Below the pieces are notes generated by a model. That model saw only the letters and a program-made list of their open reading frames with translations. It had not been told where the DNA came from and did no database searches. DNA of 64,000 nt, from positions 14,001 through 78,000 of the forward strand of contig CATOCA020000018.1 of assembly GCA_951406725.2 (NCBI GenBank), in the 5' to 3' direction. The stretch is from Octopus vulgaris. Its lineage: Eukaryota. Positions 14,326-30,897 of the stretch are shown here, piece after piece. Position 1 is the stretch's first letter. Every line of letters starts with the position of its first letter. The position numbers and the translations under genes are program-made.

Positions 14326-15176
14326 TTATGAATAGATTTTGTAGATGGAAACTGAAAGAAGCCCATCGTATATAAATGTATACATATATGTGTGTGTGTG
14401 AGTGTGTGTGTCTGTTTGTCCCCCTTCAACATCGCTTGACAACCGATGCTGGGGTGTTTACATCCCCGTCAATTAGCCGCTTGGTAAGAAACGCTAGGCT
14501 TGAAAAGAATAAGTCTTGGGATCGATTTGCTCGACTAAAGGCGTTGCTCCAGCATGGCCACAGTCAGATGACTGAAACAAGGAAAATAAAAACATATATA
14601 TATATATATATGTATATGTTTATGTATATATATGTATATGTTTACGTATATATATATATATATATATATGGATATATATATATATATATAGGCGCAGGAG
14701 TGGCTGTGTGGTAAGTGGCTTGCTAACCAACCACTTGGCTCCGGGTTCAGTCCCACTGCGTGGCATCTTGGGCAAGTGTCTTCTGCTATAGCCCCGGGTC
14801 GACCAATGCCTTGTGAGTGGATTTAGTAGACGGAAACTGAAAGAAACCTGTCGTATATATGTATATAGACTTAGGGGTGGCTGTGTGGTAAGTAGCTTGC
14901 TAACCAGCCACATGGCTCCGGGTTCAGTCCCACTGCGTGACATCTTGGGCAAGTTTCTTCTGCTATAGCCCCGGGCCGACCAATGCCTTGTGAGTGGATT
15001 TTGTAGACGGAAACTGAAAGAAGCCTGTCGTATATATGTATATATATATATGTATATATTTATCTCTTATTATAAAAGGTAGATTTTATCTGCCTCCCTT
15101 TGTCAGTTATAGAAATCTACAATATAGGATTTCTTCAATTACAATTTACCTGAGTATATATATATCTGTATATGTT

Positions 15177-15257
<81 letters not shown>

Positions 15258-16009
15258 GTTATTTTATTTTACTTGTTTCAGTCATTTGGAAGTGGCCATG
15301 CTGGAGCACCGACTTTAGTCGAGCAAATCGATCAGGCCGTCAAGAAGGCTATCCATATGCTAGAAATAGCAGCCAAAGCTAACGAAAGTACGATAAAATA
15401 AGTCCAACAATGGTTGTAATTTTTATTCTTGGTTAAGATTTTTAACATTAGTTCACTCGATTAGCTGTGTAGCAAATGAATTATTGTCTAACTCTGACAG
15501 CCGTAAATGAGCAGGTAATACGACTGGGATAATCACAACTATTATCTAAGTACAAGGGTTAGGTAATCACAGGGTGATTTGGTTGCTATTTCTAGGATAC
15601 TGAGCAACAATGTAGCGGCACTCTCTCTCTGACTTATGTATGTATGTATGTATGTATGTATGTATGTATGTATGTATGTTTGTATGTATGTTTCTATGTA
15701 TGTGTGTATGTATGTATGTGCGTGTGTGTGTGTGTCTATGTATGTGTATATGTATGTATCGACCCCGAAGGATGTGCAAAGTGTGTGTGTGTGTCTGTCT
15801 GTCTTTGTGAAATAACTATAAAGCATTTTAGAGAGTTATAGCCAAAACATATGATGTAAATTTATCGACCCCGAAGGATGAAAGGATTTTTTTCAGAAGT
15901 CGACTTTTCTCGGCGGAATTTGAACTCAGACATTGGGCTAGCGGCAGACAGAATACCTATTTGAAAGCCGTGGTCAGAGTGAGGGGAAAACAGACACACA
16001 GAAACACGA

Positions 16010-17095
16010 ATTATCGACCCCGAAGGATGAAAGGCAAAGTCGACCTCGGCGGAATTTGAACTCAGACAGTAGCGGCAGACAACGTACCTATTTCTTTATT
16101 ACCCACAATGAGCTAAACACCCAGAAGACAAACAAAGACAGACAGACAGACAAAGGTATTAAGTCGATTATATTGACCCCAGTGCGTAACTGGTACTTAT
16201 ATAATCGACCCCGAACGAATGAAAAGCAAGGCCGACCTCGGCGGAATTTGAACTCAGAGCGGAGCGGCAGACAAAATACCTATTTCTTAACTACCCACAA
16301 GGGGCTAAACGCACAGGGGACAAACAATGACAGACATACTGATTAAGGCGATTATATCGACCCCAGTGCGTAACTGGTACTTTATTTATCGACCCTGAAA
16401 TGATGAAAGGCAAAGTCGACCTCGGCGGAATTTGAACTCAGGACGTAACCGCAGACGTAATATACCTATTTCTTTACTACCCACAAGGGGCTAAACACAG
16501 AGGGGACAGACAAACGGATTAAGTCGATTACATCGACCCCAGTGCGTAACTGGTACCCAAATTATCGACCCTGAAATGATGAAAGGTAAAGTCGACCTCG
16601 GCGGAATTTGAACTCAGAACGTAACGACAGACGAAATACCTATTTCTTTACTACCCACAAGTGGCTAAACACAGAGGGGACAAACAAGGACAGACAAAGG
16701 GATTAAGTCGATTACATCGACTCCAGTGCGAAACTGGTACTTTATTTATCGACCCTGAAATGATGAACGGCAAAGTCGACCTCGGTGGAACTTGAACTCA
16801 GAACGTAATAGCAGACGAAATACCTATTTCTTTAATACCCACAAGGGGCTACACACAGAGGGGACAAACAAGGACAGACAAAGGGATTAAGTCGATTACA
16901 TCGACTCCAGTGAGCAACTGGTACTTTATTTATCGACCCTGCAATGACTAGGTAAAGTCGACCTCGGCGAAATTTAAACTCAGAACATAACAGCAGACGA
17001 AATACCTATTTCTTTACTACCCACAAGGGGCTACACACAGAGGGGACAAACAAGGACAGACAAAGGGATTAAGTCGATTACATCGATTACAGCTG
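16010..17095 (-). mobile_element. Tandem ~175-bp SINE-derived subrepeats (6 copies) in unit 2
   Basis: Same motif repeated head-to-tail. Equivalent 6-copy arrays lie at ~21790-22860 and ~27475-28545. Confidence 0.7.
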
Positions 17096-17508
17096 TGTAG
17101 TAAATTAATTATTGTCTAACTCTGACAGCCGTAAATGAGCAGGTAATACGACTGGGATAATCACAACTATCATCTATGTACAAGGGTTAGGTAATCACAG
17201 GGTGATTTGGTTGCTATTTCTAGGATACTGAGCAACAATGTAGCGGCATTCTCTCTGACTTATGATGTATGTATGTATGTATGTAAGTATGTATGTATGT
17301 ATGTATGTTTCTATGTATGTATGTATGTATGTGCGTGTGTGTGTGTGTCTGTCTGTCTTTGTGTATATGTTAATTTATCGACCCCGAAGGATGAAAGGCA
17401 AAGTCGACCTCGGCGGAATTTGAACTCAGACAGTAGCGACAGACAACGTACCTATTTCTTTATTACCCACAATGGGCTAAACACCTTACTTATTTATATA
17501 TATATATA

Positions 17509-17585
<77 letters not shown>

Positions 17586-18073
17586 GTGTAGGGTAGCGGC
17601 AGACGAAATACCTATTTCTTTACTACCCACAAGGGGCTAAACACAGGGGGGAAAACAAGGACAGACAAACGGATTAAATCGATTATAATGACCCCAGTGC
17701 GTAGTAACTGGTACTTAATTTATCGACCCCGAAGGATGGAAGTCAAAGTCGACCTCGGCGGAATTTGAACTCAGACCGTAGTGGCAGACAACATACCAAT
17801 TTCTTTACTACCCGCAAGGGGCTAAACACCGAGAAGACAAGCAACGACAGACATAAGTATTAAGTCGATTATATTGACCGCAGTGCGTAACTGGTACTTA
17901 TTTAATCGACCCCGAAAGAATGAAAAGCAAGGTCGACCTCGGGGAATTTGAACACAGAGCGTAGCGGCAGACAAAATGCCTATTTCTTTACTACTCACAA
18001 GAGGCTAAACACAGAGGGGACAGACAAGGACAGACATACGGCGATTATATCGACTCCAGTGCGTAACTGGTAC

Positions 18074-18125
<52 letters not shown>

Positions 18126-18705
18126 ATATATATATATATGTAGATATATATATATATATATATATATATAACAAGATAAAGATTTTTATTTTTCATGGAC
18201 TTCAAAATTTGCCAGAAAATAATGGATCGTGCCAAGATTTTGTTGCTACTTCTAGCATGTAGAGATTACCTGTTAAAGCGTAATTTTCTATTTTGAAATA
18301 TCTATATATCTATATATTTACTACCCACAAGGGGCTAAACATAGAGGGGACAAACAAGGACAGACAAAGGGATTAAGTCGATTATATCGACCCTAGTGCG
18401 AAACTGGTACATATATATATTCTTTTATTCTTTTCTTTTACTTGTTTCAGTCATTTGACTGCGGCCATGCTGGAGCACCGCCATTAGTCGAGCAACTCGA
18501 CCCCGGGACTTATTCTTTTGCAATCCCAGTACTTATTCTATCGGTCTCTCTTGCCGATCGGGGACATAAGCACACCAGCATCGGTTGTCAAGCAATGCTA
18601 GGGGACAAACACAGACACACAAATACACACTCAGTGGGACTGAACCCGCAACCATGTGGTTGGTAGACAAGCTACTTACCACACAGCCACTCCTGCGCCT
18701 ATATT

Positions 18706-18761
<56 letters not shown>

Positions 18762-18772
18762 ATATATTTATG

Positions 18773-18836
<64 letters not shown>

Positions 18837-19048
18837 ATATATCTATACATATGTGTGTGTGTGTGTATGTATATATGTAGATGTATATATATATACATAT
18901 ATAAAAAAATAAAGGTCTTTATTTTTCATGTACTTCAAAATTTGCCAGAAAATAATGGATCGTAGCAATCTTTGCTGCTATTTCTAGCATGTAAAAATTG
19001 CCTGTTAAAGGGTAATTTTCTATTTTGAAATATATATATACATATATA

Positions 19049-19120
<72 letters not shown>

Positions 19121-21203
19121 TTTAAATATATATATATAAATATGTATATATCTATATATATATATATATAAATATATATATATACATATATATATGTATG
19201 TATGTACATATGTATGTCTCTCTCTCTCTCTCTCTCTCTCTGTCTTTTACGCTCTCTCTCTGTCTGTATTTAACTCACTATCTAACATATAAGTTTCTCT
19301 CTCTCTCAATATAAAACTACTTTTCTCTATTATTACCCGTTGCTAAGCAACTCAGGGAAAAGGTGTGTGCGTGTGTGACTGTATTTTCAATTGTGTGTGT
19401 GTGTGAGTGTGTGTGTGCGTGTGTGCGTGTGTGTGTGTGTGTGTGTGCGTGTGTGTGTGTGTGTTTGTGTTTGTCTGCGTGTATTTTTAAAATCTTCCGA
19501 TTATCGCTGACTTGAAATATACATTTCATTTCGTTTGCCATTGTAAAGTTAGATTGTATCTGAGACAGAATTGAAAATGCAAAGTTTCTGTTGACAGGAT
19601 ACCTGAATTTTCTGTATCTTTTGCTGACCCACCCCACTCACGCCATTTAATTTCATCAGTACTTAAGGCCTTCTTCTCTCTCTCTGTCTACCCCTCTCTC
19701 TCTGTCTACCTCTCTCTGTCTGTCTGTCTGTCTGTATTTAACTCACTATACAACATATAAGTTTCTCTCTCTCTCTCAATATAAAACTATTCTTCTCTAT
19801 TATTACCCGTTGCTAAGCAACTCAGGGAAAAGGTGTGTGCGTGTGTGATTGTGTTTTCAATTGTGTGTGTGTATGTGTGCGTTTGTGCCTTTCGATACCA
19901 GTGCGTGCGTGCGTAACGATACACACACAAACCTCCACAAACATAAACGCACAAAATTGAAAAGACACAGTTACACACTCAAACACTCGCACACAGAAAC
20001 GAAAATACACACGCACACTCACATTCACACACACACACATACATACAGACAAACACCACACACACACACACACACAAAAATGAAAATACACAGTTACACA
20101 CTCACACGCACACACACACGCACACACTAGAGCGCACATACACACGCACACGCACAAGCAATGAACTGGAAACGCGCGCACGCAGACACAGAAAGGAAAG
20201 CACACATATGTGTGTGTGTGTATTTATGAATAGATTTTGTAGATGGAAACTGAAAGAAGCCCATCGTATATAAATGTATACATATATGTGTGTGTGTGAG
20301 TGTGTGTGTCTGTTTGTCCCCCTTCAACATCGCTTGACAACCGATGTTGGGGTGTTTACATCCCCGTCAATTAGCCGCTTGGTAAGAAACGCTAGGCTTG
20401 AAAAGAATAAGTCTTGGGATCGATTTGCTCGACTAAAGGCGTTGCTCCAGCATGGCCACAGTCAGATGACTGAAACAAGGAAAATAAAAACATATATATA
20501 TATATATATGTATATGTTTATGTATATATATGTATATGTTTACGTATATATATATATATATATGGATATATATATATATATAGGCGCAGGAGTGGCTGTG
20601 TGGTAAGTGGCTTGCTAACCAACCACTTGGTTCCGGGTTCAGTCCCACTGCGTGGCATCTTGGGCAAGTGTCTTCTGCTATAACCCCGGGTCGACCAATG
20701 TCTTGTGAGTGGATTTAGTAGACGGAAACTGAAAGAAACCTGTCGTATATATGTATATAGACTTAGGTGTGGCTGTGTGGTAAGTAGCTTGCTAACCAGC
20801 CACATGGCTCCGGGTTCAGTCCCACTGCGTGGCATCTTGGGCAAGTGTCTTCTGCTATAGCCCCGGGCCGACCAATGCCTTGTGAGTGGATTTTGTAGAC
20901 GGAAACTGAAAGAAGCCTGTCGTATATATGTATATATATATATGTATATATTTATGCGTAGCCGTTTTTCGTATTATACAAAAGGTAGATTTTATCTGCC
21001 TCCCTTTGTCAGTCGATAAATTAAGTACCAGTTTCGCACTGGGGTCGATGTAATCGGATTTCTTCAATTACATGTTTACCTGAGAAATATATATATATCC
21101 GTATAAGTATCTATATAAATATTATCTGTCGTTAGTTATAGGATTTCTTCTGCTTTTCTAGGATTCTAAACAATTTACCTGGATATATATATATATATAT
21201 GTT

Positions 21204-21247
<44 letters not shown>

Positions 21248-21669
21248 TATGTATATATATATATATATATATATATGTTATTTTATTTTACTTGTTTCAG
21301 TCATTTGGAAGTGGCCATGCTGGAGCACCGCCTTTAGTCGAGCAAATTGATCAGGCCGTCAAGAAGGCTATCCATATGCTAGAAATAGCAGCCAAAGCTA
21401 ACGAAAGTACGATAAAATAAGTCCAACAATGGTTGTAATTTTTATTCTTGGTTAAGATTTTTAACATTAGTTCACTCGATTAGCTGTGTAGCAAATGAAT
21501 TATTGTCTAACTCTGACAGCCGTAAATGAGCAGGTAATACGACTGGGATAATCACAACTATCATCTATGTACAAGGGTTAGGTAATCACAGGGTGATTTG
21601 GTTGCTATTTCTAGGATACTGAGCAACAATGTAGCGGCACTCTCTCTCTGACTTATGTATGTATGTATG

Positions 21670-21700
<31 letters not shown>

Positions 21701-23271
21701 GTATGTATGTATGTATGTATGTTTCTATGTATGTGTGTATGTATGTATGTGCGTGTGTGTGTGTGTCTGTCTGTCTTTGTGTATATGTTAATTTATCGAC
21801 CCCGAAGGATGAAAGGCAAAGTCGACCTCGGCGGAATTTGAACTCAGACAGTAGCGGCAGACAACGTACCTATTTCTTTATTACCCACAATGAGCTAAAC
21901 ACCCAGAAGACAAACAAAGACAGACAAAGGTATTAAGTCGATTATATTGACCCCAGTGCGTAACTGGTACTTATATAATCGACCCCGAACGAATGAAAAG
22001 CAAGGCCGACCTCGGCGGAATTTGAACTCAGAGCGGAGCGGCAGACAAAATACCTATTTCTTAACTACCCACAAGGGGCTAAACGCACAGGGGACAAACA
22101 ATGACAGACATACTGATTAAGGCGATTATATCGACCCCAGTGCGTAACTGGTACTTTATTTATCGACCCTGAAATGATGAAAGGCAAAGTCGACCTCGGC
22201 GGAATTTGAACTCAGGACGTAACCGCAGACGTAATATACCTATTTCTTTACTACCCACAAGGGGCTAAACACAGAGGGGACAGACAAACGGATTAAGTCG
22301 ATTACATCGACCCCAGTGCGTAACTGGTACCCAAATTATCGACCTGAAATGATGAAAGGTAAAGTCGACCTCGGCGGAATTTGAACTCAGAACGTAACGA
22401 CAGACGAAATACCTATTTCTTTACTACCCACAAGTGGCTAAACACAGAGGGGACAAACAAGGACAGACAAAGGGATTAAGTCGATTACATCGACTCCAGT
22501 GCGAAACTGGTACTTTATTTATCGACCCTGAAATGATGAACGGCAAAGTCGACCTCGGTGGAACTTGAACTCAGAACGTAATAGCAGACGAAATACCTAT
22601 TTCTTTACTACCCACAAGGGGCTACACACAGAGGGGACAAACAAGGACAGACAAAGCGATTAAGTCGATTACATCGACTCCAGTGCGCAACTGGTACTTT
22701 ATTTATCGACCCTGCAATGACTAGGTAAAGTCGACCTCGGCGAAATTTGAACTCAGAACATAACAGCAGACGAAATACCTATTTCTTTACTACCCACAAG
22801 GGGCTACACACAGAGGGGACAAACAAGGACAGACAAAGGGATTAAGTCGATTACATCGATTACAGCTGTGTAGTAAATTAATTATTGTCTAACTCTGACA
22901 GCCGTAAATGAGCAGGTAATACGACTGGGATAATCACAACTATCATCTATGTACAAGGGTTAGGTAATCACAGGGTGATTTGGTTGCTATTTCTAGGATA
23001 CTGAGCAACAATGTAGCGGCACTCTCTCTCTGACTTATGTATGTATGTAAGTATGTATGTATGTATGTATGTATGTTTCTATGTATGTATGTATGTATGT
23101 ATGTGCTGTGTGTGTGTGTGTGTGTCTGTCTGTCTTTGTGTATATGTTAATTTATCGACCCCGAAGGATGAAAGGCAAAGTCGACCTCGGCGGAATTTGA
23201 ACTCAGACAGTAGCGACAGACAACGTACCTATTTCTTTATTACCCACAATGGGCTAAACACCGTACTTATT

Positions 23272-23340
<69 letters not shown>

Positions 23341-23829
23341 GTGTAGGGTAGCGGCAGACGAAATACCTATTTCTTTACTACCCACAAGGGGCTAAACACA
23401 GGGGGGAAAACAAGGACAGACAAACGGATTAAATCGATTATAATGACCCCAGTGCGTAGTAACTGGTACTTAATTTATCGACCCCGAAGGATGGAAGTCA
23501 AAGTCGACCTCGGCTGAATTTGAACTCAGACCGTAGTGGCAGACAACATACCAATTTCTTTACTACCCGCAAGGGGCTAAACACCGAGAAGACAAGAAAC
23601 GACAGACATAAGTATTAAGTCGATTATATTGACCGCAGTGCGTAACTGGTACTTATTTAATCGACCCCGAAAGAATGAAAAGCAAGGTCGACCTCGGGGG
23701 AATTTGAACACAGAGCGTAGCGGCAGACAAAATGCCTATTTCTTTACTACTCACAAGAGGCTAAACACAGAGGGGACAGACAAGGACAGACATACGGCGA
23801 TTATATCGACTCCAGTGCGTAACTGGTAC

Positions 23830-23921
<92 letters not shown>

Positions 23922-24480
23922 GTAGATGTATATATATATATATATAACAAGATAAAGATTTTTATTTTTCATGGACTTCAAAATTTGCCAGAAAATAATG
24001 GATCGTGCCAAGATTTTGTTGCTACTTCTAGCATGTAGAGATTACCTGTTAAAGCGTAATTTTCTATTTTGAAATATCTATATATCTATATATTTACTAC
24101 CCACAAGGGGCTAAACGTAGAGGGGACAAACAAGGACAGACAAAGGGATTAAGTCGATTACATCGACCCTAGTGCGAAACTGGTACATATATATATTCTT
24201 TTATTCTTTTCTTTTACTTGTTTCAGTCATTTGACTGCGGCCATGCTGGAGCACCGCCATTAGTCGAACAACTCGACCGCGGGACTTATTCTTTGCAATC
24301 CCAGTACTTATTCTATCGGTCTCTCTTGCCGATCGGGGACATAAGCACACCAGCATCGGTTGTCAAGCAATGCTAGGGGACAAACACAGACACACAAATA
24401 CACACTCAGTGGGACTGAACCCGCAACCATGTGGTTGGTAGACAAGCTACTTACCACACAGCCACTCCTGCGCCTATATT

Positions 24481-24630
<150 letters not shown>

Positions 24631-24866
24631 ATATATCTATACATATGTGTGTGTGTGTGTATATATATATGTAGATGTATATATATATACATATATAAAA
24701 AAATAAAGGTCTTTATTTTTCATGTACTTCAAAATTTGCCAGAAAATAATGGATCGTAGCAATCTTTGCTGCTATTTCTAGCATGTAAAAATTGCCTGTT
24801 AAAGGGTAATTTTCTATTTTGAAATATATATATACATATATATATTTATATATATTTATATGTGTA

Positions 24867-24900
<34 letters not shown>

Positions 24901-24941
24901 AATATTTAAATATATATATATAAATATCTATATATATATAT

Positions 24942-24973
<32 letters not shown>

Positions 24974-25176
24974 GTATGTATGTATATATGTATGTCTCTC
25001 TCTCTCTCTCTCTCTCTGTCTTTTACGCTCTCTCTCTGTCTGTATTTAACTCACTATCTAACATATAAGTTTCTCTCTCTCTCAATATAAAACTATTTTT
25101 CTCTATTATTACCCGTTGCTAAGCAACTCAGGGAAAAGGTGTGTGCGTGTGTGACTGTATTTTCAATTGTGTGTGT

Positions 25177-25208
<32 letters not shown>

Positions 25209-25989
25209 TTGTGTGTGTGTGCGTGTGTGTGTGTGTTTGTGTTTGTCTGCGTGTATTTTTAAAATCTTCCGATTATCGCTGACTTGAAATATACATTTCA
25301 TTTCGTTTGCCATTGTAAAGTTAGATTGTATCTGAGACAGAATTGAAAATGCAAAGTTTCTGTTGACAGGATACCTGAATTTTCTGTATCTTTTGCTGAC
25401 CCACCCCACTCACGCCATTTAATTTCATCAGTACTTAAGGCCTTCTTCTCTCTCTCTGTCTACCCCTCTCTCTCTGTCTACCTCTCTCTCTGTCTGTCTG
25501 TCTGTCTGTATTTAACTCACTATACAACATATAAGTTTCTCTCTCTCTCTCAATATAAAACTATTCTTCTCTATTATTACCCGTTGCTAAGCAACTCAGG
25601 GAAAAGGTGTGTGCGTGTGTGATTGTGTTTTCAATTGTGTGTGTGTATGTGTGCGTTTGTGCCTTTCGACACCAGTGCGTGCGTGCGTAACGATACACAC
25701 ACAAACCTCCACAAACATAAACGCACAAAATTGAAAAGACACAGTTACACACTCAAACACTCGCACACAGAAACGAAAATACACACGCACACTCACACTC
25801 ACACACGCACATACATACATACAGACAAACACCACACACACACACACACACAAAAATGAAAATACACAGTTACACACTCACACGCACACACACACGCACA
25901 CACTAGAGCGCACACACACACGCACACGCACAAGCAATGAACTGGAAACGCGCGCGCGCGCACGCAGACACAGAAAGGAAAGCACACAT

Positions 25990-26028
<39 letters not shown>

Positions 26029-26875
26029 TTATGAATAGATTTTGTAGATGGAAACTGAAAGAAGCCCATCGTATATAAATGTATACATATATGTGTGTGT
26101 GTGAGTGTGTGTGTCTGTTTGTCCCCCTTCAACATCGCTTGACAACCGATGCTGGGGTGTTTACATCCCCGTCAATTAGCCGCTTGGTAAGAAACGCTAG
26201 GCTTGAAAAGAATAAGTCTTGGGATCGATTTGCTCGACTAAAGGCGTTGCTCCAGCATGGCCACAGTCAGATGACTGAAACAAGGAAAATAAAAACATAT
26301 ATATATATATATATGTATATGTTTATGTATATATATGTATATGTTTACGTATATATATATATATATATATGGATATATATATATATATAGGCGCAGGAGT
26401 GGCTGTGTGGTAAGTGGCTTGCTAACCAACCACTTGGCTCCGGGTTCAGTCCCACTGCGTGGCATCTTGGGCAAGTGTCTTCTGCTATAGCCCCGGGTCG
26501 ACCAGTGCCTTGTGAGTGGATTTAGTAGACGGAAACTGAAAGAAACCTGTCGTATATATGTATATAGACTTAGGGGTGGCTGTGTGGTAAGTAGCTTGCT
26601 AACCAGCCACATGGCTCCGGGTTCAGTCCCACTGCGTGACATCTTGGGCAAGTTTCTTCTGCTATAGCCCCGGGCCGACCAATGCCTTGTGAGTGGATTT
26701 TGTAGACGGAAACTGAAAGAAGCCTGTCGTATATATGTATATATATATATGTATATATTTATCTCTTATTATAAAAGGTAGATTTTATCTGCCTCCCTTT
26801 GTCAGTTATAGAAATCTACAATATAGGATTTCTTCAATTACAATTTACCTGAGTATATATATATCTGTATATGTT

Positions 26876-26923
<48 letters not shown>

Positions 26924-27353
26924 TATGTATATATATATATATATATATATATGTTATTTTATTTTACTTGTTTCAGTCATTTGGAAGTGGCCATGCTGGA
27001 GCACCGACTTTAGTCGAGCAAATCGATCAGGCCGTCAAGAAGGCTATCCATATGCTAGAAATAGCAGCCAAAGCTAACGAAAGTACGATAAAATAAGTCC
27101 AACAATGGTTGTAATTTTTATTCTTGGTTAAGATTTTTAACATTAGTTCACTCGATTAGCTGTGTAGCAAATGAATTATTGTCTAACTCTGACAGCCGTA
27201 AATGAGCAGGTAATACGACTGGGATAATCACAACTATTATCTAAGTACAAGGGTTAGGTAATCACAGGGTGATTTGGTTGCTATTTCTAGGATACTGAGC
27301 AACAATGTAGCGGCACTCTCTCTCTGACTTATGTATGTATGTATGTATGTATG

Positions 27354-27384
<31 letters not shown>

Positions 27385-28720
27385 GTATGTATGTTTGTAT
27401 GTATGTTTCTATGTATGTGTGTATGTATGTATGTGCGTGTGTGTGTGTGTCTGTCTGTCTTTGTGTATATGTGAATTTATCGACCCCGAAGGATGAAAGG
27501 CAAAGTCGACCTCGGCGGAATTTGAACTCAGACAGTAGCGGCAGACAACGTACCTATTTCTTTATTACCCACAATGAGCTAAACACCCAGAAGACAAACA
27601 AAGACAGACAAAGGTATTAAGTCGATTATATTGACCCCAGTGCGTAACTGGTACTTATATAATCGACCCCGAACGAATGAAAAGCAAGGCCGACCTCGGC
27701 GGAATTTGAACTCAGAGCGGAGCGGCAGACAAAATACCTATTTCTTAACTACCCACAAGGGGCTAAACGCACAGGGGACAAACAATGACAGACATACTGA
27801 TTAAGGCGATTATATCGACCCCAGTGCGTAACTGGTACTTTATTTATCGACCCTGAAATGATGAAAGGCAAAGTCGACCTCGGCGGAATTTGAACTCAGG
27901 ACGTAACCGCAGACGTAATATACCTATTTCTTTACTACCCACAAGGGGCTAAACACAGAGGGGACAGACAAACGGATTAAGTCGATTACATCGACCCCAG
28001 TGCGTAACTGGTACCCAGATTATCGACCCTGAAATGATGAAACGTAAAGTCGACCTCGGCGGAATTTGAACTCAGAACGTAACGACAGACGAAATACCTA
28101 TTTCTTTACTACCCACAAGTGGCTAAACACAGAGGGGACAAACAAGGACAGACAAAGGGATTAAGTCGATTACATCGACCCCAGTGCGAAACTGGTACTT
28201 TATTTATCGACCCTGAAATGATGAACGGCAAAGTCGACCTCGGTGGAACTTGAACTCAGAACGTAATAGCAGACGAAATACCTATTTCTTTACTACCCAC
28301 AAGGGGCTACACACAGAGGGGACAAACAAGGACAGACAAAGCGATTAAGTCGATTACATCGACTCCAGTGCGCAACTGGTACTTTATTTATCGACCCTGC
28401 AATGACTAGGTAAAGTCGACCTCGGCGAAATTTGAACTCAGAACATAACAGCAGACGAAATACCTATTTCTTTACTACCCACAAGGGGCTACACACAGAG
28501 GGGACAAACAAGGACAGACAAAGGGATTAAGTCGATTACATCGATTACAGCTGTGTAGTAAATTAATTATTGTCTAACTCTGACAGCCGTAAATGAGCAG
28601 GTAATACGACTGGGATAATCACAACTATCATCTATGTACAAGGGTTAGGTAATCACAGGGTGATTTGGTTGCTATTTCTAGGATACTGAGCAACAATGTA
28701 GCGGCACTCTCTCTCTGACT

Positions 28721-28751
<31 letters not shown>

Positions 28752-28959
28752 GTATGTATGTATGTATGTATGTTTCTATGTATGTATGTATGTATGTGCG
28801 TGTGTGTGTGTGTCTGTCTGTCTTTGTGTATATGTTAATTTATCGACCCCGAAGGATGAAAGGCAAAGTCGACCTCGGCGGAATTTGAACTCAGACAGTA
28901 GCGACAGACAACGTACCTATTTCTTTATTACCCACAATGGGCTAAACACCTTATTTATT

Positions 28960-29030
<71 letters not shown>

Positions 29031-29516
29031 GGTAGCGGCAGACGAAATACCTATTTCTTTACTACCCACAAGGGGCTAAACACTGGGGGGGGAAAACAAG
29101 GACAGACAAACGGATTAAATCGATTATAATGACCCCAGTGCGTAGTAACTGGTACTTAATTTATCGACCCCGAAGGATGGAAGTCAAAGTCGACCTCGGC
29201 GGAATTTGAACTCAGACCGTAGTGGCAGACAACATACCAATTTCTTTACTACCCGCAAGGGGCTAAACACCGAGAAGACAAGCAACGACAGACATAAGTA
29301 TTAAGTCGATTATATTGACTGCAGTGCGTAACTGGTACTTATTTAATCGACCCCGAAAGAATGAAAAGCAAAAGTCGACCTCGGGGGAATTTGAACACAG
29401 AGCGTAGCGGCAGACAAAATGCCTATTTCTTTACTACTCACAAGAGGCTAAACACAGAGGGGACAAACAAGGACAGGCATACGGCGATTATATCGACTCC
29501 AGTGCGTAACTGGTAC

Positions 29517-29550
<34 letters not shown>

Positions 29551-30138
29551 GTGTGTGTCTGTATATATATATATATATGTAGATGTATATATATATATAT
29601 AACAAGATAAAGATTTTTATTTTTCATGGACTTCAAAATTTGCCAGAAAATAATGGATCGTGCCAAGATTTTGTTGCTACTTCTAGCATGTAGAGATTAC
29701 CTGTTAAAGCGTAATTTTCTATTTTGAAATATCTATATATCTATATATTTACTACCCACAAGGGGCTAAACATAGAGGGGACAAACAAGGACAGACAAAG
29801 GGATTAAGTCGATTACATCGACCCTAGTGCGAAACTGGTACATATATATATTCTTTTATTCTTTTCTTTTACTTGTTTCAGTCATTTGACTGCGGCCATG
29901 CTGGAGCACCGCCATTAGTCGAGCAACTCGACCCCGGGACTTATTCTTTTGCAATCCCAGTACTTATTCTATCGGTCTCTCTTGCCGATCGGGGACATAA
30001 GCACACCAGCATCGGTTGTCAAGCAATGCTAGGGGACAAACACAGACACACAAATACACACTCAGTGGGACTGAACCCGCAACCATGTGGTTGGTAGACA
30101 AGCTACTTACCACACAGCCACTCCTGCGCCTATATATA

Positions 30139-30325
<187 letters not shown>

Positions 30326-30510
30326 ATACATATGTGTGTGTGTGTATATATATATATGTAGATGTATATATATATAAATATATAAAAAAATAAAGGTCTT
30401 TATTTTTCATGTACTTCAAAATTTGCCAGAAAATAATGGATCGTAGCAATCTTTGCTGCTATTTCTAGCATGTAAAAATTGCCTGTTAAAGGGTAATTTT
30501 CTATTTTGAA

Positions 30511-30573
<63 letters not shown>

Positions 30574-30637
30574 CATATATATATTTATATATACATATAT
30601 ATATTTAAATATATATAAATATATCTATATATCTATA

Positions 30638-30672
<35 letters not shown>

Positions 30673-30861
30673 GTTTGTATGTACATATGTATGTCTCTCT
30701 CTTTCTCTCTCTCTGTCTTTTACGCTCTCTCTCTGTCTGTATTTAACTCACTATCTAACATATAAGTTTCTCTCTCTCTCAATATAAAACTATTTTTCTC
30801 TATTATTACCCGTTGCTAAGCAACTCAGGGAAAAGGTGTGTGCGTGTGTGACTGTATTTTC

Positions 30862-30897
<36 letters not shown>

